Source of the DNA: a candidate division FCPU426 bacterium
GTDB taxonomy: Bacteria; Oederibacteriota; JAAXVQ01; JAUVAV01
Length of the DNA stretch: 64,000 nt
Direction of reading: 5' to 3'
Assembly (NCBI GenBank): GCA_030637655.1
Contig: DAOWGI010000092.1
Location: forward strand, 26,161-90,160
Both the position numbers and the translations under genes were made by a program. Of the stretch, positions 50,708 through 61,395 are shown one piece after another. Under the pieces are notes generated by a model. It was not told the origin of the DNA, made no database searches, and saw nothing but the letters and a program-made list of their open reading frames with translations. Position 1 is the first letter of the stretch; every line of letters starts with the position of its first letter.

Positions 50708-51769
50708 TTACCAATGCGGATCAAAGCAGGAGCCGGTATGAGTGATCTGCTTCTGCCTGGTTCCGTCAATGTTCATCACCCAAACATCGGATTGCACGAG
50801 TTGATCTCCGGATCCTACCTGACCTTCCTTGGTTTTTTCCATAATGCAGGCCATGTATTTGGCGGTCGGTGAAAACGCGGGTCCGGACAATTCCGCGGCA
50901 AAATCCTGAGGAGTCAATGGATAGACCTCAAAATTAATACTGAACCGTTTGGACATAACTATTATTATTTTATCCAATTCAAAGGCAATCAAAGCGCCAT
51001 CATAATTCCATATTACAGTACCCAGATGATACGGCACTTTCTGAAAAGGTTTCATAAGATCCGCTTCCATTCTGCCGTCTACCCGAATAGTGCCGATATG
51101 TATCACATGATCATGCTTGGTTGGACCTGCGCCGGCTAGAAATTTCATATCCGGAGATAATGAATGCACCTCGGTCATAAAACTGGTTTTGGGCAAACGA
51201 ATGGTTTCCACCGGTTTTCCGGTTTCAACACTATATCCATACAAGATAGTGGGAAAATCCATTTCCTGAAAATAGATAACACTGCTGTCCGGCTTCCAGC
51301 TTATTCTCATCTTCCTGGCTTTGATTTTTTTATCCGTCACCAGAGTCCGGGTATCTGTTCCATCTGCATTGACGACCATAATGGATACCCTGTCCCCTAA
51401 CGGTTGATCTTTCGGATACTGAAAAAAAGCTATTTTGGTATGCGGCAGATTCCAGGAAGGCCGGCACTTGTAGCCGGAGGTGTCGCTAATTTGCTTTGCA
51501 TTTTGTCCGTTTGGCTCAATGGTATGAATTTGCGTTTTTTCATTGACTACCGCAACATACACGATGCGCGAACTGTCATCCACGCCGTCCATGTGCCTGG
51601 TAATACCAATCTTTTTCATATAGGTTTTGCGTTTGACGTCACTCACACTTTTGATTTTTTTACGAAATTGCTCCTGGATTTTTTTTCCGCACCCGGAGGC
51701 TAAAAAACCCATACAGACAATCATAGCAATAGTAAAAAGGTATTTGCATTTTAACCTTGCTCGGAACAT
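50708..51769 (-). CDS. TolB-like / PD40 beta-propeller lipoprotein
   Basis: Lipobox signal peptide (MIVCMGFLASGC). Repeated PD40-like segments (SWNLPHTKIAFF, ISWKPDSSVIYF, SLSPDMKFLA, AFSPTAKYMA). AGGAGG SD. Confidence 0.55.
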   Translation of the reverse strand: MFRARLKCKYLFTIAMIVCMGFLASGCGKKIQEQFRKKIKSVSDVKRKTYMKKIGITRHMDGVDDSSRIVYVAVVNEKTQIHTIEPNGQNAKQISDTSGYKCRPSWNLPHTKIAFFQYPKDQPLGDRVSIMVVNADGTDTRTLVTDKKIKARKMRISWKPDSSVIYFQEMDFPTILYGYSVETGKPVETIRLPKTSFMTEVHSLSPDMKFLAGAGPTKHDHVIHIGTIRVDGRMEADLMKPFQKVPYHLGTVIWNYDGALIAFELDKIIIVMSKRFSINFEVYPLTPQDFAAELSGPAFSPTAKYMACIMEKTKEGQVGSGDQLVQSDVWVMNIDGTRQKQITHTGSCFDPHW

Positions 51770-51934
51770 TGGTCCCTCCTCCTTTTACGCCGGCTGGATC
51801 ACATCTTCCGGACTACTTCCCGGTTTGCCTTCCCTGTTTGGAGCAGAGGCAAAACTGCCTAAATTGTACCCTGGAAACTATGTTCTGTCTAGATTTGAGG
51901 GCCGGAGAAAATCGAGTATGCTTGAAACCTGCTG

Positions 51935-53065
51935 CTACAGACGTTTAATGGCATCCAAAAATTGCCTCACAACCGGATAGGCATCATTGCCGGTCAACTT
52001 TTCAAATTCTTTTAGCAGCGATGCTTGTTTACTGTTTAACTTGGTGGGTGTTTCCACTTTTGCGGTCACTAAATGATCCCCTGTTCCCAAACCTCTTAGA
52101 TTCGGGAATCCTTTCCCCCGCATGCGAAATGTCTTACCGGTCTGGGTTCCAGCCGGTATTTTCATGGTCACCCGGCCATTTAAGGTTGGCACCTCAATCT
52201 CACCACCCAACACGGCCGTGGTCAGGGGAACCGGAACTTCACAGAGCACGTCCTCCTCATCGCGCGAAAAAATAAGGTGCGGCTCTACCTGGATCACAAT
52301 ATGCAAATCACCACGCGGTCCGCCATTGATCCCCGCCTCGCCTTCGCCTGAAATTTTTAAGCGGCTGCCGGTATCCACACCAGCCGGTATCTTCACGGTT
52401 ATTTTACGAATAACCCGCTTGCGACCCTCCCCACGGCAAACCATACAAGGCTGTTCAATCACATACCCTTCACCCTGACAAGTAGGGCAGGTTCTCATAA
52501 CCGAAAAAAATCCCTGTGTCATCCGGACTTGACCGGTTCCCTGGCAGGCTGAACAGGCTTTTTTCCTGGTACCGGCTTTGGCCCCGGTTCCTTGACAGGA
52601 ATCACAGGTTTCCATGCGCGGCACTTCCAGATTTACCTCAGTCCCATGAGCGCTATCTATAAAATTGATAGTTAAATCGTAACGCAAATCAGATCCGCGG
52701 CGAGCACGGGACTGTGTTCCACCCCGGGAACGTCCAGAGGTTCCACCAAAAAAGCCCTCAAAAATTTCAGAGAACATATCGCCCATGTCTCCAAAATCAC
52801 TGAATCCGCCGCCCCCCGGGCCCCCTGCAGATCCTGCCTTTACACCCGCGTGCCCGAATTGATCATAGGCACTGCGTTTTTTTCCGTCTTTCAAGACTTC
52901 GTAGGCTTCATTCACTTCTTTAAATTTTTCTTCAGCCGTTTTATTACCGGGATTGGCATCCGGATGATATTTTTTAGCCATGCTCCGATACGCACGTTTC
53001 AGCTCATCATCACCGGCTGAGCGCGAGACACCTAAGATTTCATAATAATCACGTTTACTTGCCAT
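51935..53065 (-). CDS. dnaJ: molecular chaperone DnaJ
   Basis: J-domain (DYYEILGV...HPD) and four CxxCxGxG zinc-finger repeats. The ATG at 53065 is preferred. The track ORF begins at an upstream GTG. Confidence 0.95.
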   Translation of the reverse strand: MASKRDYYEILGVSRSAGDDELKRAYRSMAKKYHPDANPGNKTAEEKFKEVNEAYEVLKDGKKRSAYDQFGHAGVKAGSAGGPGGGGFSDFGDMGDMFSEIFEGFFGGTSGRSRGGTQSRARRGSDLRYDLTINFIDSAHGTEVNLEVPRMETCDSCQGTGAKAGTRKKACSACQGTGQVRMTQGFFSVMRTCPTCQGEGYVIEQPCMVCRGEGRKRVIRKITVKIPAGVDTGSRLKISGEGEAGINGGPRGDLHIVIQVEPHLIFSRDEEDVLCEVPVPLTTAVLGGEIEVPTLNGRVTMKIPAGTQTGKTFRMRGKGFPNLRGLGTGDHLVTAKVETPTKLNSKQASLLKEFEKLTGNDAYPVVRQFLDAIKRL

Positions 53066-53176
53066 TGCTTCACCTCGTAAGGATGAAAAGACCGCAACCA
53101 CCCCGGCGTATTCAACACCGGTTTTTTAGTCGCGGCCTCATCCCGATCCTAGCAGCATCCGATATCATCGGATGTA

Positions 53177-55090
53177 TTATTTTTTTGCTTTGCTCTCGTC
53201 TTCGCCCTCGTACTCGGCTTCCACGACCTCTTCCTCATCCTTTTTCCCGGCTTGGGAAGTATCGGCCTGCTCAGCCTCCTCTTTTTTGCCGGTAGTTTTA
53301 GCATACACGGCTTCGCCCAGCTTTTGTGCCATTTTTTCTAACTTTTCGCAGGCTGCCTCAATGATTTCGGTATCCTTTCCTTCCAATGCTTTTTTCAATT
53401 CAGCAATAATTTTTTTGATTTGTTCGCGTGTGGTTTCGTCTAATTTATCACCATGCTCCACCAACACTTTGTCAGTATTGTATACCAGCGAATCAGCCCG
53501 ATTACGGACTTCCACACTCTTACGGCGGTTTTTATCCTCATCCGCGTTAACTTCCGATTCTTTTAGCATGCGTTCAATTTCCGCATCATCCAAACCGGAA
53601 CTGGCGGTAATAGTAATTTTTTGTTCCCGGCCGGTTCCCATATCTTTGGCAGAAACATGTACGATACCATTGGCATCAATATCAAAAGTCACCTCAATTT
53701 GCGGGACTCCGCGCGGTGCCGGAGGAATTCCGGTCAAATCAAACTGACCCAAGGTGCGGTTATCGTCCGCCATTTCACGCTCACCCTGAAGCACGCGGAT
53801 TGAAACCGTGGGTTGACTGTCAGCGGCTGTGGAAAAGGTCTGGCTTTTTTTAGTCGGAATAGTTGTGTTTCTTTCGATCAGTTTAGTGCATACACCGCCC
53901 AATGTCTCAATTCCCAAAGAGAGTGGTGTTACATCCAGCAGCAGTACGTCTTTGACATCACCTTTCAATACACCGGCTTGAATGGCGGCGCCGATGGCCA
54001 CTACCTCATCCGGATTAACCCCTTTGTGCGGTTCACGCCCAAAAAAATCTTTGATTTTTTGCTGCACCATAGGCATCCGCGTTTGACCGCCAACCATGAT
54101 TACTTCATCGATATCCCCGGCTTTAAACCCGGCATCTGCCAAGGCTTTTTTCATCGGTTCAATCGTACGTTCCACCAGATGCCCGGCCAATTGCTCAAAG
54201 CGGGAACGGGTCAGGGTCATATTCAAATGCTTGGGACCGGTCGCGTCCGCCGTAATAAACGGCAAATTAATCTCGGTCTGCATCGTGCTGGAGATTTCGC
54301 ACTTGGCCTTTTCCGCCCCTTCTTTCAAACGCTGCAAGGCCATTTTGTCTTGGCGCAAATCAATGCCTTGCTCTTTTTTGAATTCTTCGGCCAGCCAATC
54401 AATGATCACTTGGTCAAAATCATCACCACCCAGATGCGTGTCACCATTGGTGGACTTGACTTCAAATACACCATCGCCCAATTCCAGAATGGAAATATCA
54501 TAGGTGCCGCCCCCCAGATCATATACCGCGATTTTCTGGTTTTTCTTCTTATCCATACCATAGGCCAAAGCCGCTGCCGTGGGTTCGTTCACAATACGCA
54601 ACACATCCAATCCGGCAATTTTACCGGCATCCTTGGTGGCTTGACGCTGACTATCGTTAAAATAGGCAGGCACAGTAATTACGGCTTCCGTTACGCTTTC
54701 ACCCAAAAAGGCTTCAGCATCGGTTTTTGCTTTTTGTAAAATCATGGCTGAGATTTCCGGCGGCGCGTATGCTTTTCCCATGACCTCAACCCGCACATCA
54801 CCATTGGAGGCAGCTGAAGTTTTGTAAGGAACCATTTTTTCCTCATCAGTGGCCTCAGCAAACCGTCTTCCCATAAAGCGTTTAATGGAAAAAATGGTGT
54901 TCTCCGAATTGGTCACAGCCTGCCTTTTGGCAATTTGCCCCACCAGACGTTCATTGTTTTTACTAAAAGCCACAATCGAGGGGGTCGTTCGTGTTCCCTC
55001 GGCATTGGAGATGACCACAGCTTCTCCACCTTGCATAACCGCAACGCAGGAATTAGTTGTCCCCAAATCAATTCCAATAACTTTACCCAT
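53177..55090 (-). CDS. dnaK: molecular chaperone DnaK (Hsp70)
   Basis: [21 protein letters not shown] and full-length Hsp70 homology. Confidence 0.97.
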   Translation of the reverse strand: MGKVIGIDLGTTNSCVAVMQGGEAVVISNAEGTRTTPSIVAFSKNNERLVGQIAKRQAVTNSENTIFSIKRFMGRRFAEATDEEKMVPYKTSAASNGDVRVEVMGKAYAPPEISAMILQKAKTDAEAFLGESVTEAVITVPAYFNDSQRQATKDAGKIAGLDVLRIVNEPTAAALAYGMDKKKNQKIAVYDLGGGTYDISILELGDGVFEVKSTNGDTHLGGDDFDQVIIDWLAEEFKKEQGIDLRQDKMALQRLKEGAEKAKCEISSTMQTEINLPFITADATGPKHLNMTLTRSRFEQLAGHLVERTIEPMKKALADAGFKAGDIDEVIMVGGQTRMPMVQQKIKDFFGREPHKGVNPDEVVAIGAAIQAGVLKGDVKDVLLLDVTPLSLGIETLGGVCTKLIERNTTIPTKKSQTFSTAADSQPTVSIRVLQGEREMADDNRTLGQFDLTGIPPAPRGVPQIEVTFDIDANGIVHVSAKDMGTGREQKITITASSGLDDAEIERMLKESEVNADEDKNRRKSVEVRNRADSLVYNTDKVLVEHGDKLDETTREQIKKIIAELKKALEGKDTEIIEAACEKLEKMAQKLGEAVYAKTTGKKEEAEQADTSQAGKKDEEEVVEAEYEGEDESKAKK

Positions 55091-55140
55091 AATGCTTACC
55101 CATCCTTTCTTTTGCTTGTACTTGTATCAAATTTACCGGC

Positions 55141-55806
55141 TTAGTGTTTGGCCACTTTGACCATGGCCGGCCGGACGACTTTCCCATTGAGTGTGTATCC
55201 CTTTTGCAAAATCACGACCACCGTATCATCCGGAACACTTTTATCCTCCACCCGCTGCAGTGCCTGATGTACTGCCGGATCAAAAATACAGGGGGCTTTA
55301 TCAATTCGGGACACACCGGATTTTTCCAGTGATTTCACAAACTGCCGATAAATGAGTTCAATACCCTCGGTCACTTTTTTCACATCCGTGGTCTGTCCGG
55401 TATGCTCCAGAGTCCGCTCCAAATTGTCCACCACCGGTAGAATCTCCAGCAGAAGATCCTCGCCGGCATAGCGCAGCAACTCCGTCCGGTCGCGGTTCAT
55501 TCGCTTTTTATAATTTTCCAATTCTGCTAAAGCCCGCAAGTACCGGTCATAATTCAAATTGGACTTTTCTTCCAATTGTTTGATGGTTTTTTTCAGGACT
55601 TGTACCTCATCGTCGGTGACTTGTCCTCCGGGCATGGTGTCATCATCATCAAATGCCTTGGTCGGGTCACTGCCTGAAAAAGCGCTGCCAACCGCACTGC
55701 TTACACCCTGGGTAACACTGTGCGAAGCGGTTCCCTCTGCTTCTGTTTCTGCTTTTGCTTTTTCCTGTTGTTTATTTATTTTTTCATTTTCATTGTCATA
55801 CCACAT
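55141..55806 (-). CDS. grpE: nucleotide exchange factor GrpE
   Basis: GrpE core (ELENYKKR...DPAVHQAL...). Acidic low-complexity N-terminus. Confidence 0.9.
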   Translation of the reverse strand: MWYDNENEKINKQQEKAKAETEAEGTASHSVTQGVSSAVGSAFSGSDPTKAFDDDDTMPGGQVTDDEVQVLKKTIKQLEEKSNLNYDRYLRALAELENYKKRMNRDRTELLRYAGEDLLLEILPVVDNLERTLEHTGQTTDVKKVTEGIELIYRQFVKSLEKSGVSRIDKAPCIFDPAVHQALQRVEDKSVPDDTVVVILQKGYTLNGKVVRPAMVKVAKH

Positions 55807-55835
55807 ATGCCTTACCTCCGCTTACCCAATTTCAC

Positions 55836-56867
55836 TTACAACCTAACCCGAACCAGCGCTTCTGCCGTATCCTGCACCAAAGCAATTACTTTAGGATACG
55901 CCATTCGTTGGGGTCCAATAATACCAATACGCATAGTTTGCCGTCCATTCAATGCTACGTCCTCAGTAACCAAAGAGAGTGCCGGCAACGGCTCTTTCCA
56001 AGGAGCCTCGGCAATAACCACGCGAACCCCGGAGCGCTCAATACCGGGGATGGAAAAAAAACGAATTAATTCATCTCCCTGATCCAGCATTGCCACCAAT
56101 TGCCGCATGGCAGAAATATTATTAAACTCCGGTTGCAGAATCAAATTGGAGGCACCCTCAATTGCCAGTTCCTCCTGCGCCGGAGCAGACAAATTCACAC
56201 TCGCCCAATGGAGCGCTTGCCGCAGCAGCCCCCACAGCCGGCAATCCAGACCCGACCAATCAGCCCGTGCCAGCAGTTCCAGTTCTGAAGCGGTTTTACC
56301 TTGGCCATGCCGATTAACCCAGTGATTGACCTTTTTCACCAACTGCAATCCCAGGGTTGCTTCCAGAGTAAATACCTGATGAAATTCTTCTCCGGAAGTA
56401 GTCTGTACAATAAGCAACATCCGCTGCGACATCAAGCTAATTAATTGTATTCGGGCCAACCGTTCTTCACTGCCGCCGAGCAACCAAGTCACTGCCAGCA
56501 ATTGCGAGGTCACAGCCAGGACTTTGGCAGCCAAACTCACAATTTTATCTGTTTCCTGCGCTTCTTGCAATATCTCAAATCGTTTTTTTCGCTGCACCCG
56601 GTTCCAGCTTGGTTGGCTTCCCAGTAAACGTTCCACCAAATACCGATACGCTTTGACGGTTGGCACTTTCCCGGCTGATGTATAGGGACGATTTAAAAAT
56701 CCTCCGGCTTCCAAGCGAGCTAATACATTACGCACGGTAGCAGAACTCCACTTAAATCCGTAGGCGGCGCACAATTGCTGTGAACTCACCGGTTCTGCCG
56801 TAGCAATGTAATGCTCAATAACCGCAACCAAAACAGTCTGTTCTCTGGCAGATAAAATCGAAATCAT
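55836..56867 (-). CDS. hrcA: heat-inducible transcriptional repressor HrcA
   Basis: The N-terminal winged-helix region (LSAREQTVLVAVIEHYIATAEPVSSQQL) is characteristic of HrcA. The track ORF begins at a TTG at 56969. The ATG at 56867 is preferred. Confidence 0.85.
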   Translation of the reverse strand: MISILSAREQTVLVAVIEHYIATAEPVSSQQLCAAYGFKWSSATVRNVLARLEAGGFLNRPYTSAGKVPTVKAYRYLVERLLGSQPSWNRVQRKKRFEILQEAQETDKIVSLAAKVLAVTSQLLAVTWLLGGSEERLARIQLISLMSQRMLLIVQTTSGEEFHQVFTLEATLGLQLVKKVNHWVNRHGQGKTASELELLARADWSGLDCRLWGLLRQALHWASVNLSAPAQEELAIEGASNLILQPEFNNISAMRQLVAMLDQGDELIRFFSIPGIERSGVRVVIAEAPWKEPLPALSLVTEDVALNGRQTMRIGIIGPQRMAYPKVIALVQDTAEALVRVRL

Positions 56868-56907
56868 ACTTCCCTCTATTCCTTCAGGGGCGGCCTGCCT
56901 ATGAATT

Positions 56908-58497
56908 TTATGAGTAAGATTTATATATTTGATAATCAATATCGGGAAATATATTATCTTTGTACTCAATATCCGACAGCCAATCCAAATCCAGACAATG
57001 GTGTTTTAAATCGTTGTACAACCGGGTAAAACGTCCAATATGATCACGGGTCCGCTTGATAGCATACTCCACCATGGTTCCGGTTTTCATAATAAAGGCC
57101 CAATCCGAGCTTTGCGCCAACAGCAATTCGCGAGCCGCTTGATTAAGGCCCCGGCGTTCAAGGTAGGTTGGTTCCCTGAAAATATCCGCCAATTCAATCA
57201 TGTGTTCCGCCATCTTATGCAGATGGCGGTAGATCCAATCATTGCTGTTGTCCAGCCATTGTTCATGGTAGCCTTTATATCCCCAGGAGGAGGCGCAAGG
57301 ACGCACTACCTGCAATTTGGGGTTTTCCGTCATATATTCCGTGGCTGTCACGGTCCGAATCTCATCCTGATCATAATGCAGTTTCCGGAAAAGAAATCCC
57401 AGAAACTCCGGTCCTTCGTACCACCAGTGTCCGTACAGTTCCGCGTCGTAAGGAGATACGATTAAAGGATTTTTTCCCATTATCCCCTTTAAATATTCAA
57501 TCTGTTTTTGCCGGTTAAACATAAAGTTTTCAGCATGCGAAGCAGCTCTATCCCGGGCAACTCCCGGATCATATGGCGCTTTATGGTCCGAATCTCCGGT
57601 GATACGGTAATACTTAATACCCGTCGGAATTCTAAAACCATCTCCATGAATGTACGGCCGTATGTACTCGTACTCCAAATCAAAACCAATGTCACGATAA
57701 AACTCCCGGTAGGCAAAGTCTCCGGGATACCCTTCTTTGGAACTCCAAACCTGTTTGGATGATTCCACATCACGTCCGAACGCGGCTGTCCCGCACCGGG
57801 TATATACCGGCGCGTAGATTCCGTATTTGGGTCGCGGAGTACCGTGAAATATACCGTGCGTATCCGTGTAAAAAAAACGAATTCCCTGATCGCGTAATAA
57901 TTCATCCACCCCTGATTCAAAACCGCATTCCGGCAGCCAAATTCCGCGCGGCCGCGCACCCAGGCAACGCTCGTGAGTCTGAGCAGCCACAATAATCTGA
58001 GCCCGTTGGGCAATACGATTCACCATCAAAGGTAAATATCCATGCGTGGCACCGCACGTAATAATTTCCAAATAGCCCAAATCCTGAAATTTGCGGAATG
58101 CGGCAGCCAAATTACGGTGATATTTTTCTTCAAAAAGCCAACGGGCGTGACGAAACCGGTGTAAATACATCCGCGCTGTGTCGTTGAATTCCGGCTGCCA
58201 CCGTGTTCGTTCCACCTCTTTTTCCGCTAATTCAATTAATTTGGAAATATGGGACAAGTACCGTTCCTGCAGCAACTGATCCGTAAACATGGTGAGCAAA
58301 GGCGGTGTCAAGGACATAGTCAGGCGAAAGTAAACACCATCATTTACCAACTGCTCACACATATCAATCAGCGGAATATAAGTCTCGGTAATGGCTTCAT
58401 AAAACCAATCTTCTTCTAAAAAGTCATCATGTTCCGGATGTCGCACATACGGCAAGTGGGCGTGCAACACTATCATTAAATAGCCGTTTTCAGCCAT
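56908..58497 (-). CDS. glycoside hydrolase family 57 1,4-alpha-glucan branching enzyme
   Basis: GH57 hallmarks are present: HAHLPYVRHPE, WLPECGF and SPYDAELYGHWW. ATG start. Confidence 0.9.
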   Translation of the reverse strand: MAENGYLMIVLHAHLPYVRHPEHDDFLEEDWFYEAITETYIPLIDMCEQLVNDGVYFRLTMSLTPPLLTMFTDQLLQERYLSHISKLIELAEKEVERTRWQPEFNDTARMYLHRFRHARWLFEEKYHRNLAAAFRKFQDLGYLEIITCGATHGYLPLMVNRIAQRAQIIVAAQTHERCLGARPRGIWLPECGFESGVDELLRDQGIRFFYTDTHGIFHGTPRPKYGIYAPVYTRCGTAAFGRDVESSKQVWSSKEGYPGDFAYREFYRDIGFDLEYEYIRPYIHGDGFRIPTGIKYYRITGDSDHKAPYDPGVARDRAASHAENFMFNRQKQIEYLKGIMGKNPLIVSPYDAELYGHWWYEGPEFLGFLFRKLHYDQDEIRTVTATEYMTENPKLQVVRPCASSWGYKGYHEQWLDNSNDWIYRHLHKMAEHMIELADIFREPTYLERRGLNQAARELLLAQSSDWAFIMKTGTMVEYAIKRTRDHIGRFTRLYNDLKHHCLDLDWLSDIEYKDNIFPDIDYQIYKSYS

Positions 58498-58512
58498 ACT
58501 AACCTCTGAAAA

Positions 58513-59610
58513 TCATTCGGTATGTTTTTCAACAACAGGCGTGACTTTCCGTTCCTGTGTGCCCTCGACATTAACTGCCTGCACAACAATAGTCTGTTTG
58601 CCGTCAGGCAGAGCGTAACGGACGGAAAAAGTTCCATCCTGGTTTAAGCGTAGTGGTTGGCCTTGAACAGTAACTGACGCGTCCGGTTCTGTTGCTCCGT
58701 AGACAATGAGTTCAGTATTGGCCGCCAACCAGAAATCCCCTGCTTTAGCCGGTTTTGGCCGGCCGCCTTCAGAACCCATGCTCGCAAACCCTCCGGAGGT
58801 GACATCTGCCCGAACACGTTTAAGCATATATTTAGTAATGGCTTCGGACGAGCGGCCCAATTCAGCTGCCCCGGCAGTCTGATATAATTTGTCAAAGGTT
58901 TGGTCCACCACCATCCATTCCTCATCCACTACCGGAGAGACCGAATCTCTGGGTGTGGTGACCACATTGGAACGCGCCAAAACAATAAAATGACCATCCG
59001 GATATACCAGACCCAAATCCACGCAATACGCGCGATCCGCTGCCCACACATTGATGTACCAATTGTTGGCTGCGGCAGAAATCTCAATATCCATGTTACG
59101 ATGCGCATTATTGCCGTCAAATTCAATATCCGTAATATCATACACACGCAAGATTAATTTGGCGGCCTTGGCTGGGATTTCTCTATGTATTTCTTCATGA
59201 CGATCCGAAGACAAATCCCAGTAAATATAGCACCAGTACGGATCGCGTATCATGAGTACACAGCGATTGTCTCCGTATTGGTCTTGCCAAGGATACTGCT
59301 CTTCAGCCACCGGCGGATGTGGTGCCATAGAATGCGCGACCGGCATTGGGGTACTCGGTGAAGCCGCAGCTTGTAGAGCTGGTGCAGACAGCACTTCTTT
59401 TTTCGGCTTAACTGCCTTTTTCGCGATTTTGGTGACAAGTGTTGATTTCACTTTGCTACTGTCAGCTTTAGACACGATTTTCTTGGTAACCGTTTTTTTG
59501 GCTGACGCGGAAGATTTTTTTACTATCTTTTTGATAACTGCTTTTTTAACAGTTTTCTTTGTTACAGCTGCTTTGGTATTTTTTTTAGTCGCCTTTTTCT
59601 TTTTAGTCAT
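58513..59610 (-). CDS. DUF4912-family protein with N-terminal Lys-rich (histone H1-like) tail
   Basis: A ~90-aa KKxxKKxVxKK low-complexity N-terminus. The C-terminal domain resembles the DUF4912 proteins that are commonly encoded next to GH57 branching enzymes. The stop lies 13 nt from the GH57 ATG. Confidence 0.6.
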   Translation of the reverse strand: MTKKKKATKKNTKAAVTKKTVKKAVIKKIVKKSSASAKKTVTKKIVSKADSSKVKSTLVTKIAKKAVKPKKEVLSAPALQAAASPSTPMPVAHSMAPHPPVAEEQYPWQDQYGDNRCVLMIRDPYWCYIYWDLSSDRHEEIHREIPAKAAKLILRVYDITDIEFDGNNAHRNMDIEISAAANNWYINVWAADRAYCVDLGLVYPDGHFIVLARSNVVTTPRDSVSPVVDEEWMVVDQTFDKLYQTAGAAELGRSSEAITKYMLKRVRADVTSGGFASMGSEGGRPKPAKAGDFWLAANTELIVYGATEPDASVTVQGQPLRLNQDGTFSVRYALPDGKQTIVVQAVNVEGTQERKVTPVVEKHTE

Positions 59611-59722
59611 AACGCAGCCTCCTACAATTTAAAATTCGCCAGGACATAGTTTGACTTCTTAACTAATACCAATTATATATAAAGACAATTCGTTTTAAAT
59701 CAGCCTTATAAATTGTACATTT

Positions 59723-59995
59723 TTACTGTACAATCTCTTTTAATTCTTTCCCCGGACGGAATTTCGGAGCTTTTTTAGCCGGTACTTGAACCGATTCTCC
59801 GGTCTTGGGGTTTCTTGCTATACGTGCTTTTTTCTCTTTTACTACAAATGTACCCAATCCTGCTACAGATACTTTTTGTCCGGCTTTAAGTGCGTTTTGA
59901 ATTGTTGAAATTAATTTTTCCAACATTTTCTCTATTTCGCGCTTGGGCAGACCCAATCCTTCGGCAACTTTGTCAATTAATTCAACTTTTGTCAT
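59723..59995 (-). CDS. hup: DNA-binding protein HU
   Basis: A 90-aa protein with the HU/IHF fold signature (GLGTFVVKEKKARIARNPKTGESV). AGGAGG SD. Confidence 0.9.
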   Translation of the reverse strand: MTKVELIDKVAEGLGLPKREIEKMLEKLISTIQNALKAGQKVSVAGLGTFVVKEKKARIARNPKTGESVQVPAKKAPKFRPGKELKEIVQ

Positions 59996-60032
59996 GCAAG
60001 ACCTCCTCGTCGGAAATTAGTGCATTTTTGAG

Positions 60033-60062
60033 TAAACTACCATGTTTGAACAGAAATCGTCA
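60033..60062 (-). promoter_or_regulatory. putative sigma70 promoter of hup (-35 TTGACG, 18-nt spacer, extended -10 TGgTAGTTT) with AT-rich upstream tract 60100-60230
   Basis: A sequence match only. An extremely AT-rich UP-like region lies upstream. Confidence 0.3.
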
Positions 60063-60240
60063 AGCTGAAAATCAAAAATTTTGCCTATAAAATAATCAGA
60101 TTCTCAAACTCCACTCTTTGTCGCACTGCCTGAATATAACTCAAAGTTATATTATTTAATTATATTTTAATAAAATTTTTATTTTACCTGGAATAGCAGC
60201 GATCGGCGGACAGGCGACGAAAACAAAAAAATCCTTATAC

Positions 60241-61395
60241 TTACAAGATTTCCCGAAAAACCAGATTGGATAAAAGCATCCCTTGGTCAGTCAAACGCAA
60301 AGTGTTGTTCGTAGCTAACAGGAGTCCTCGGGCTGCCATTTCCCTGATAGGCCGGGTAAAATCCTGAGCCCAGGTTTTTTCATAATAGTCCTGAATCTCT
60401 TGCGTATTCACACCAGAAGTCAGACGCAATCCCACAATAAGCTGCTCAGCAATTTTAGCGCGTCCCTGCAACTGTTCTTCGCCGCTTTGCGCTGAGTGGT
60501 TGGCCTCTATTTTTTCCATATAGTGTTTAACTTGATTCTCATTCCATTTGCGGACTCCTTGTTCAAAAGAATGCGCCGCAGCTCCTAATCCCAAATAATC
60601 CTGGTTTTTCCAATAGATTGTGTTGTGTTGGCATTCGAAGCCCGGTTTTGAAAAACTGCACAGTTCATACTGGAAAAATCCGTTTTGCGCCAGATACTCC
60701 TTGGCCCAGGTATACATCTCAGCAGCAAGATCATCATCCAACAGTGGCAGGGTACCAGTTCGCACCTTAGCTTCCAAGGGAGTCTTTTCTTCCAAACTCA
60801 AAGCATACATGGAAATATGCTCAGGATTCCAGGCCAAAAGAGTATGCAGATCCTGCTGAAATTCCAGAAGTGTCTGTCCGGGCAGACCGTAAATCAAATC
60901 GCAGGAAAGATTCTCAAAATTGTTAGCACGAATATCCTTAACACTTTGCGCAGCCTGCTCTGCCGTATGCGAGCGTCCCAGCAACTGGAGATACTTGTCT
61001 TGCGTGCTCTGCACACCCAGGGCAATTCGATTGATGCCCAGCTGCCGAAATTGGGTTAATTTGTTTTGATTCACTGTGGCTGGATTGGCTTCCAGCGTCA
61101 TCTCTATTCCTTTTTCCAAGTGCATGCGCCGGGCCAAAACACCCAACACACTGGACAACTGTTCAGGCTCAGCCAGAGAAGGTGTCCCGCCTCCAAAATA
61201 GAGAGTCCGTGCCATACCGTGCGCACGTTGCTGGATTTCCTTGTTCAACAGAAAAAAATAATGTTGTATCTCATCTGAAGCTGCGGCCGGTTGCGAGGCA
61301 AAATCACAATACAGACATTTCTTTTGGCAAAATGGGATGTGAACATACACCCCATACGCTTCCCGCGCCGTGGACTTTATTTGATTGATCGCCAT
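60241..61395 (-). CDS. hemW: radical SAM heme chaperone HemW (HemN-like, oxygen-independent coproporphyrinogen oxidase family)
   Basis: CxxxCxxC radical-SAM motif (HIPFCQKKCLYCDF) and an HemN C-terminal domain. The ATG at 61395 is preferred over the track TTG at 61410. Confidence 0.85.
   Translation of the reverse strand: MAINQIKSTAREAYGVYVHIPFCQKKCLYCDFASQPAAASDEIQHYFFLLNKEIQQRAHGMARTLYFGGGTPSLAEPEQLSSVLGVLARRMHLEKGIEMTLEANPATVNQNKLTQFRQLGINRIALGVQSTQDKYLQLLGRSHTAEQAAQSVKDIRANNFENLSCDLIYGLPGQTLLEFQQDLHTLLAWNPEHISMYALSLEEKTPLEAKVRTGTLPLLDDDLAAEMYTWAKEYLAQNGFFQYELCSFSKPGFECQHNTIYWKNQDYLGLGAAAHSFEQGVRKWNENQVKHYMEKIEANHSAQSGEEQLQGRAKIAEQLIVGLRLTSGVNTQEIQDYYEKTWAQDFTRPIREMAARGLLLATNNTLRLTDQGMLLSNLVFREIL

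Noticed and set aside
53140-53175. Hairpin catccgatatcatcggatg between dnaK and dnaJ as a terminator
   Set aside because: On the minus-strand transcript it is not followed by a U-run. It is more likely a REP-related palindrome, since it shares the gatcctagcag motif with the 9154 element.
53813-54739. 308-aa plus-strand ORF
   Set aside because: It lies entirely antisense to dnaK, a full-length Hsp70 homologue. Its composition is typical of an antisense reading frame, with no motifs.
60011-60040. CIRCE-like sequence ttagtgcatttttgagtaaact near hup
   Set aside because: It matches the CIRCE consensus TTAGCACTC-N9-GAGTGCTAA poorly. It is not an inverted repeat, and it lies in the hup leader, not upstream of hrcA.
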